Assembly: GCF_000016745.1 (NCBI RefSeq)
Contig: NC_009483.1
Coordinates: 5,104,365 to 5,136,364 of the forward strand
Direction: 5' to 3'
Source: Geotalea uraniireducens Rf4
Lineage (GTDB): Bacteria > Desulfobacterota > Desulfuromonadia > Geobacterales > Geobacteraceae
Length of the DNA: 32,000 bases
Positions within the stretch are counted from its first letter, which is position 1, and every line of letters begins with the position of its first letter. The notes beneath the pieces are model-generated. The model was not told where the DNA came from. It did no database searches and worked only from the letters and a program-made list of their open reading frames with translations. Position numbers and translations under genes: made by a program. Positions 26,058 to 32,000 of this stretch are shown piece after piece.

Positions 26058-27928
26058 CGTCCGTTCCTCGCCTTCAATGCAATTGACAGTATGGTAATGG
26101 CCGCGGGAGTTACACCCGGTATGCGCGATGCCTGACCAAGGGTATCGGGTCTGAATTGCTGCAGTTTTTCCCGGACTTCCGCGGATAAACCCGGTAGACC
26201 GGCATATTCCAAATCGCCCGGTATTTTGGCACTCTCCAGCTTGCGCGCGCGCTCGACCTGCTCTAACTGCCTGTCGATATACCCTTGATATTTTATTTGT
26301 ATCTCTACTTGCTCCCGCACTGCTGCCGGTATTTCCATAATATGCTTATCGATACGCGCCAATTCCCGGCTATCGATATCGGGGCGCCTCAGGAGCTGTT
26401 CATATGTCATTGCATTCTGCATTCCGGTCAGCCCGAATTCTTCCATAAAGACATCGTCCGCCTCAGAAGGCAGCAGTTTTTCTTGCCGCAGACGCTGCAA
26501 CTCCTCTTCAATCATGTTTTTCTTTGCATGAAATCGCCGATACTCTTCCTCCCGCACGAGGCCTATGGCATAACCCTTCTCGCACAGTCGCAGATCGGCA
26601 TTGTCCTCGCGCAGCAGAAGCCGATACTCTGCCCTGGATGTGAACATTCGGTATGGTTCTTTACTCCCCAGCGTCACCAGATCATCAATCATCACGCCGA
26701 TATAGGCATCATTGCGCCCCAGAATCAACGGCTCCTTGCCCTGCACCCGAAGGGCGGCGTTGATCCCGGCAATCAGCCCCTGTGCAGCCGCTTCTTCGTA
26801 GCCGGAAGTACCATTGATCTGTCCGGCATGGTAGAGATTGCCGACCACCTTTGTTTCCAGCGATGCATGAAGTTGGATCGGGTCCACGTAGTCGTACTCA
26901 ATGGCGTAGGCGGGACGCATGATTTCGACCCGCTCCAATCCATAAATGGAGCGATAAAACGCCCATTGCACGTCAATCGGAAGCGATGTGGAGAGGCCAC
27001 TCGGGTAGACTTCGACCGTATCCACCCCCTCCGGCTCAATGAATGTCTGATGACGGTCCTTCTCGGGAAAGCGGACGACCTTGTCCTCTATTGACGGGCA
27101 GTAACGAGGCCCCACCCCCTCTATGATGCCGGAATAGAGTGGTGAACGGTCCAGACCCGACCGGATGATGTCATGGCTTCGCTCGTTGGTATAGGCAATG
27201 TGGCAGGGTACCTGGGATTGGGTAATCTTATCGGTAGAGAACGAAAACGGAATCGGCGGATTATCTCCATACTGCGGCTCCAGCCTGCTGAAATCGATGG
27301 TGCGGCCATCAAGCCTTGCCGGCGTCCCGGTCTTGAGCCTTCCCACCTTAAAGCCACATTCCTCCAGGCTGACGGAAAGACCGACTGACGGCAGGTCCCC
27401 CGCCCTCCCCCCCGGATAATGGGTTAAACCGATATGGATCAGGCCGCGCATGAATGTTCCAGTGGTGAGGATAATGGTTTTCCCCAGGTAGCGCACCCCG
27501 GCCTTGGTATCGACACCGACTACATTCCCGTCTTCAACAAGAAGGCTGGTCACCTCGGCCTGCTTGAGATCAAGCTTATCCTGGTGCTCCAGTATCCGCT
27601 TCATCCGCAATCGATACTGCTGCTTGTCTGCTTGCGCACGTGAGGCGCGTACCGCCGGCCCCTTTTTGGTGTTGAGAATGCGAAACTGGATACCGGTGGC
27701 ATCGATATTCTTCGCCATCTCTCCGCCCAGGGCATCGATTTCCTTGACCAGATGCCCCTTGGCCAGGCCACCTATTGCCGGATTACAAGACATCAAGGCA
27801 ATGGCATCCAGATTGATGCTCAGCAACAGCGTGCAGCACCCCATCCTGGCAGCGGCCAACGCTGCTTCACAACCAGCATGACCTCCCCCCACAACTACAA
27901 CATCGTAACTCTTATCGTATGCTATCAA
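26054..27928 (-). CDS. mnmG: tRNA uridine 5-carboxymethylaminomethyl modification enzyme MnmG (GidA)
   Basis: 624 aa: YDVVVVGGGHAGCEAALAAARMG, GPRYCPSIEDK, GQINGTSGYEEAAAQG. The start codon is TTG at 27928 with SD GGAG 7 nt upstream; there is no in-frame ATG nearby. Confidence 0.96.
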   Translation of the reverse strand: MIAYDKSYDVVVVGGGHAGCEAALAAARMGCCTLLLSINLDAIALMSCNPAIGGLAKGHLVKEIDALGGEMAKNIDATGIQFRILNTKKGPAVRASRAQADKQQYRLRMKRILEHQDKLDLKQAEVTSLLVEDGNVVGVDTKAGVRYLGKTIILTTGTFMRGLIHIGLTHYPGGRAGDLPSVGLSVSLEECGFKVGRLKTGTPARLDGRTIDFSRLEPQYGDNPPIPFSFSTDKITQSQVPCHIAYTNERSHDIIRSGLDRSPLYSGIIEGVGPRYCPSIEDKVVRFPEKDRHQTFIEPEGVDTVEVYPSGLSTSLPIDVQWAFYRSIYGLERVEIMRPAYAIEYDYVDPIQLHASLETKVVGNLYHAGQINGTSGYEEAAAQGLIAGINAALRVQGKEPLILGRNDAYIGVMIDDLVTLGSKEPYRMFTSRAEYRLLLREDNADLRLCEKGYAIGLVREEEYRRFHAKKNMIEEELQRLRQEKLLPSEADDVFMEEFGLTGMQNAMTYEQLLRRPDIDSRELARIDKHIMEIPAAVREQVEIQIKYQGYIDRQLEQVERARKLESAKIPGDLEYAGLPGLSAEVREKLQQFRPDTLGQASRIPGVTPAAITILSIALKARNGR

Positions 27929-28032
27929 CTACCGACTCCACACATGTTTAGTTAATTTTCGGTTTCACAATTTTGCTTCAAGAATACTGTATCCCAGCTG
28001 TAGCGCTTCTATTTGCAAGGCTTTACCGTCAT

Positions 28033-28048
28033 TGTTTCACGTGAAACA
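28033..28048. promoter_or_regulatory. Perfect 16-bp palindrome TGTTTCACGTGAAACA in the mnmE-mnmG spacer (possible operator)
   Basis: It lies 5 nt downstream of the mnmE stop and ~105 nt upstream of the mnmG start. With no loop and no T-tract, it is unlikely to be a terminator. Confidence 0.3.
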
Positions 28049-28052
28049 TTTT

Positions 28053-29420
28053 CTATTTACCAATGCAAAAGCGTTGGAAAATAAGATCAAGCACGTCATC
28101 CGCGGTTGTTTCACCGGTAACTTCTCCGATTGCGGAAAGTGCATCACGAAGATCGATGGCCAATAAATCCAGTTCCATGCCGGCAACCAAGTTGCCTCTA
28201 AAACGAAGCAAAGCATCCCTGCTCTTTTGGAGCGCGTCGCGATGTCTTGCTTGAGAAACGGCAACATATTCGCGGCTGTCAACTGCATGATTATGAATGA
28301 ACGCCTCAAAAATGGCATCCTGGAGAGCGTCGATACCATCACCCGTCAAAGTGGAAACGGCAATGATCGGAACATCGGGTAACTGTGGCATATCAAAAGA
28401 TCGGCAGATATCCGATTTATTCATCACAACGATGAAATTACAGGGTGCCAAAACATCGAGAATCGCCTGATCTTCCGAGGAAAACGGTAGCGATGAATCA
28501 ATAATAAAGAGCACCAGATCGGCCGAAGGTATCTTATCGAGGGAAAGCTTTATTCCCTCCCTCTCTACCCGGTCATCGGATTCACGAATGCCGGCAGTAT
28601 CGAGTAGCTTAACGGGCAGTCCTTTGATCGTCACCACTTCTTCTATAAGATCGCGGGTCGTTCCGGGAACCGACGTGACAATTGCCCGTTTCTCCCGTAA
28701 AAGAGTATTTAACAGGCTCGATTTACCGACATTCGGTTTACCGGCAATAACCACAGACACACCGTCACGCAACACCTTGCCCTCGTTAAACCCGGCCAGC
28801 AAGGTTTCCAATTCAGTCAAAGAGCAATCCACATGAGCCCCAACCTGCTGAATGCCCAATACATCAATGTCTTCTTCGGGAAAGTCTATAAAAGCCTCGA
28901 TTAAAGCAAGTGACGAAACTATCCCGTCTTTAACCCGGGCAATACGCTGAGAGAGCAATCCTTCTCGCTGATGCTGGGCAAGTGCAAGTGACTTTTCGGT
29001 CTTGCTGCGTATCACATCAATAATCGCCTCAGCCTGGACAAGATCAATGCGGCCGTTAAGAAAAGCTCGCTTGGTGAACTCGCCCGGCCCAGCCAGACGC
29101 GTCCCTTGTTGCAAAACAAGGTCGAGAATCCGCTGCACAACCAGATAACCACCATGACATTGTATTTCCAGGACATCTTCACGGGTATAGGAATGTGGTC
29201 CCTTCATGAAAACGACCATGACTTCATCAAGACAATCGGCACTGACCGGATCTATAATAGCACCATAATAAAAACGGTGGCTTTGTAAGCCACCGTCCCG
29301 GTTCCTCTTGAAAATTGCATCAGCTATAGACAGTACATGCCTACCGCTAACCCTGATAATGCCGACCCCACCTTCACCGGTGGGGGTACTTATGGCAGCA
29401 ATCGTATCTTGAACATACAT
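28053..29420 (-). CDS. mnmE: tRNA modification GTPase MnmE (TrmE)
   Basis: 455 aa: TIAAISTPTGEGGVGIIRVSG, GKPNVGKSSLLN, DTAGIR, and the C-terminal CIGK motif. Confidence 0.96.
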   Translation of the reverse strand: MYVQDTIAAISTPTGEGGVGIIRVSGRHVLSIADAIFKRNRDGGLQSHRFYYGAIIDPVSADCLDEVMVVFMKGPHSYTREDVLEIQCHGGYLVVQRILDLVLQQGTRLAGPGEFTKRAFLNGRIDLVQAEAIIDVIRSKTEKSLALAQHQREGLLSQRIARVKDGIVSSLALIEAFIDFPEEDIDVLGIQQVGAHVDCSLTELETLLAGFNEGKVLRDGVSVVIAGKPNVGKSSLLNTLLREKRAIVTSVPGTTRDLIEEVVTIKGLPVKLLDTAGIRESDDRVEREGIKLSLDKIPSADLVLFIIDSSLPFSSEDQAILDVLAPCNFIVVMNKSDICRSFDMPQLPDVPIIAVSTLTGDGIDALQDAIFEAFIHNHAVDSREYVAVSQARHRDALQKSRDALLRFRGNLVAGMELDLLAIDLRDALSAIGEVTGETTADDVLDLIFQRFCIGK

Positions 29421-29444
29421 GGGTACTATCCCCGCAACAGCAGC

Positions 29445-31031
29445 TTATGACGGCAAAGACTTGTTGATGTAAGTCTGTTGCGCAATGGTAAGAATATTGT
29501 TTACCAGCCAGTAAAGCACAAGGCCGGATGGAAAATTCAAAAACATAAAGGTGAAAACCACGGGGAGTGCAAGCATCATTTTCGCCTGCACCGGATCCAT
29601 GTTGCTCGGGGTCATTTTTTGTTGAACGAACATGGTAACGCCCATAATAACGGGTGTTACATAGTATGGGTCCTTTGCCGACAGATCCATAATCCAGAGC
29701 ATGAAAGGAGCATGACGCAACTCGATGGAAAACATCAGCGCCTTATAGAGTGCAAAGAACACGGGAATCTGGACGATCATCGGCAGACACCCTCCCATGG
29801 GATTAACCTTATGCGTCTTGTAGAGATCCATGACGGCACGGTTCATGGCATCCCTGTCATTCTTGAACTTCTCCTTTAACTCCGCCATTTTTGGCTGAAG
29901 CTTTTGCATCTCCTTCATCGATTTGTAGCTCTTGTGGGTAAGGGGGAAAAACAAGAGCTTGAGGATAACGGTGATTATAATAATCGCAATGCCGTAGTTA
30001 TGGGTATATGAATAAAAGAATTTGAGTGTACGGAGGAGCGGCTTGGCCAGAGCGGAAAACCAGCCAAAATCGATGGCCTCTTCAAGCCTGCTACCCTGCC
30101 CCTTCAGGATCTCCAGATCCTTGGGACCGTAAAATATTCTGTAATTAACTGCCGCACTCTGCCCGGGATTCAGGGCCAAAGGGGGTGAGGAAACGTCGTC
30201 TTGCAGATAATTGGTATTTACCTTGGCAAGACGAACAGCAGCAATACTGTTATTATCCGACAAGATCGCATTCATGAAATACTTGTCGGCAAAGGCGGTC
30301 CATAAAATGTTTTTATCGTACTGCTTTGGCCCTTTACTAAAATCTGCCACCTTTTCAGTATTGATCTTATCGTCTGCCAAGGTGACAGGTCCGTACACCT
30401 CAAATCTGCCGTCACCAGGCTTTGCCTCGATGCGGTTATTGCCTATCAGGTGCAAAGAACCGTCAAACTTGGTGGGACTGTTATTGAGCAGTTCCTGATG
30501 CAAATCGATACGATAATCATTACCAGTAAAGATATAGGATTTTTTAAAGACAATCCCTGTCGGAGAAGTAGATGTAAACTCCAGTGTGCCTTTTTCATTT
30601 CCGGCTAATTTGAGGCCATTGGAAATACTATTATATACAACCGTCGGCTCAATACCGAAACTCTTTCCTTCAGTAAGGAGCGAGAATTTTTCTGCCGCCT
30701 CTTCGTTGACGAGCACAACTTCACGACCACCGGGGCCGGAGGTTTCCTTGTAACGCTTCAGAACCAGTTTTTTAAGCCCTGCCCCCCTGGTGGAAAAAAC
30801 AGCCGTAAATAAATCGGTTTCAACAACTAGGTCGCGGACAGATACGTTTCCCTGCTGCATTATTGCAGGAAGAACGGATGTGGAAGAAACAGCCTGGACA
30901 GGAGCCGTTTGCGACTGAGGAACAGGCCCGGGCTTAACCACATCTTTTTTCTGCGGCGGTGGGAAAATCATCGAGTAAGCATACAAAACCGCTATCGATA
31001 GAATAACGGCAATAACAACTCTCTTTTCCAT
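29445..31031 (-). CDS. yidC: Membrane protein insertase YidC
   Basis: ORF 29445..31094; I prefer ATG 31031 (MEKRVVIAVILSIAVLYAY, N-terminal TM), which avoids overlap with yidD. There is a large periplasmic domain, then the conserved core (...KMAELKEKFKNDR..., GCLPMIVQIPVFFALY). Confidence 0.93.
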   Translation of the reverse strand: MEKRVVIAVILSIAVLYAYSMIFPPPQKKDVVKPGPVPQSQTAPVQAVSSTSVLPAIMQQGNVSVRDLVVETDLFTAVFSTRGAGLKKLVLKRYKETSGPGGREVVLVNEEAAEKFSLLTEGKSFGIEPTVVYNSISNGLKLAGNEKGTLEFTSTSPTGIVFKKSYIFTGNDYRIDLHQELLNNSPTKFDGSLHLIGNNRIEAKPGDGRFEVYGPVTLADDKINTEKVADFSKGPKQYDKNILWTAFADKYFMNAILSDNNSIAAVRLAKVNTNYLQDDVSSPPLALNPGQSAAVNYRIFYGPKDLEILKGQGSRLEEAIDFGWFSALAKPLLRTLKFFYSYTHNYGIAIIIITVILKLLFFPLTHKSYKSMKEMQKLQPKMAELKEKFKNDRDAMNRAVMDLYKTHKVNPMGGCLPMIVQIPVFFALYKALMFSIELRHAPFMLWIMDLSAKDPYYVTPVIMGVTMFVQQKMTPSNMDPVQAKMMLALPVVFTFMFLNFPSGLVLYWLVNNILTIAQQTYINKSLPS

Positions 31032-31051
31032 AAATGCTCCTAATAAACCGG

Positions 31052-31264
31052 TTATTTTACAGGATCGTAGCCACCCGGATGAAAGGGGTGACATTTCATA
31101 ATACGTCGCACGGAATACAGCAAGCCTTTAAGAAATCCGTACTTTTCAAGAGATTGTAAAGAATAATGGGAACAGGAGGGATAAAAACGGCAGGAAGACC
31201 CCTTGAAGGGGGAAATATATCTTTGATAAAAAAGAATGGAGCGAGTGGCTATTATATTCAACAT
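31052..31264 (-). CDS. yidD: Membrane protein insertion efficiency factor YidD
   Basis: I prefer ATG 31264 ([47 protein letters not shown]...HPGGYDPV). It begins 1 nt after the rnpA stop. The longer listed ORF overlaps rnpA. Confidence 0.88.
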
Positions 31265-31265
31265 G

Positions 31266-31607
31266 TTATTTATGCAGACGCTCCAGAACATTAGCCAATT
31301 CACGGGAAAGCCGCTGAAAATCAAGCTGCTCCGCCCCCTTCTTGGCTATGATATTATAATGCGCCATGACAAAACGTGACTTGTTTAATCTATAGAACTC
31401 TCGCACCAATCTTTTTACGCGGTTTCGTATAACAGAATTACCAACCTTACGGCTGACAGTTATGCCAATCTTTAGCGTACTATCTTCAGTATGTGTCCAG
31501 AGCAAAATGAAATGCGCAGTATGAATCCTTTGTCGTGCATTGGTGAATTGCACAAACTCCGATCGTTTCAACAACCTTTCATACTTTGGAAATGCAAATT
31601 GCTTCAA
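31266..31607 (-). CDS. rnpA: Ribonuclease P protein component
   Basis: 113 aa: ...[12 protein letters not shown]...[23 protein letters not shown] (RNR motif). Confidence 0.92.
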
Positions 31608-31613
31608 AAGCTA

Positions 31614-31763
31614 TTATTTTGATGCTATCGAAACTGCAAGGTTCTTGCGGCCTTTAGCACGCCTTCTTTTAATAACGAGCCTTCCATTTTTTGTGGACAT
31701 GCGGACCAAAAATCCGTGGGTTCTTTTTCTTGAAACATTGCTGGGCTGATATGTTCTTTTCAT
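31614..31763 (-). CDS. rpmH: 50S ribosomal protein L34
   Basis: Absent from the ORF track (below 60 aa). Hand translation from ATG 31763 gives [49 protein letters not shown], with stop TAA at 31614-31616. SD AAGGAG lies 9 nt upstream. Confidence 0.95.
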   Translation of the reverse strand: MKRTYQPSNVSRKRTHGFLVRMSTKNGRLVIKRRRAKGRKNLAVSIASK

Positions 31764-32000
31764 CTTCTATGGACTCCTTGATCAATTTTTGATGGTCCTG
31801 AAACTGTATTTAAATAAGCAGTAAAACTAAACATAAACCCAATGTTTTGTCAATGCTTTTTTTATCTCATTGAAAAAAATTACCTTGCAAATTAGCAGTA
31901 GCTTTGATAGTCTGCGTCGACCATCAAAATAAATCGTAAAATCTCGCCTAAACAGATTATAACCATATGAAATTACATAGTTTTATTTTATCAACAAGTG
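31764..32000. other. AT-rich rpmH-upstream intergenic region (probable rpmH/dnaA promoter and origin-proximal region, truncated by the window edge)
   Basis: The tract is very AT-rich. It contains an 11-bp inverted repeat, ttttgatggtc (31787-31797) with gaccatcaaaa (31919-31929). It also has a plus-strand TTGCAA-N17-TAGTCT (31885-31913) and a one-mismatch DnaA-box-like TTATCAACA (31988-31996). Confidence 0.4.

Noticed and set aside
1-32000. Searched by eye for CRISPR repeats, tRNA/rRNA signatures, IS termini, transposase/integrase/reverse-transcriptase genes and toxin-antitoxin pairs
   Set aside because: I found none. All intergenic regions are under 450 bp, and none shows regularly spaced repeats or tRNA-like GTTCGA/T-loop motifs. 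A tRNAscan/Infernal run would be the decisive check.

Overview
This is a 32-kb chromosomal, origin-proximal segment. The protein sequences (HU, PBP1A, several small c-type cytochromes, sigma54 regulator) suggest a Geobacter/Desulfuromonadales-like organism, but that assignment is inference only. All family calls come from motifs read by eye; no database search was run.

Layout:
- 1-15.1 kb: envelope and housekeeping genes. These are a partial SWIM zinc-finger gene, an EamA transporter, two tandem outer-membrane beta-barrel genes, PBP1A, HU, a small dihaem cytochrome tightly coupled to pyruvate kinase, an OYE-type flavoprotein, an AEC transporter, prfC, a TatD-family hydrolase and tcdA.
- 15.2-16.0 kb: a ferritin/rubrerythrin-like gene overlapping (ATGA) a small monohaem cytochrome c.
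- 16.3-24.0 kb: a sigma54 enhancer-binding response regulator plus a signal-less lytic transglycosylase (minus strand), divergent from a cheW-cheA-cheR-HDOD-cheB operon that has no MCP and no CheY.
- 24.0-25.4 kb: a small hypothetical gene and a glycine-zipper lipoprotein.
- 25.4-31.8 kb: the conserved rsmG-mnmG-mnmE-yidC-yidD-rnpA-rpmH cluster (minus strand), ending in the AT-rich rpmH-upstream region.

I recognised no rRNA, tRNA, CRISPR array, transposase, integrase or known defence gene.

The most unusual items are:
- the receptor-less, CheY-less che module paired with an orphan sigma54 activator;
- a 174-bp imperfect palindrome plus an orphan hairpin in the prfC/tatD divergent spacer;
- two small cytochromes translationally coupled to cytoplasmic enzymes;
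- a terminator-bounded orphan tract at 16.03-16.24 kb;
- the lipoprotein and small ORF that occupy the position after rsmG.

None of these is demonstrably a new system from sequence alone.
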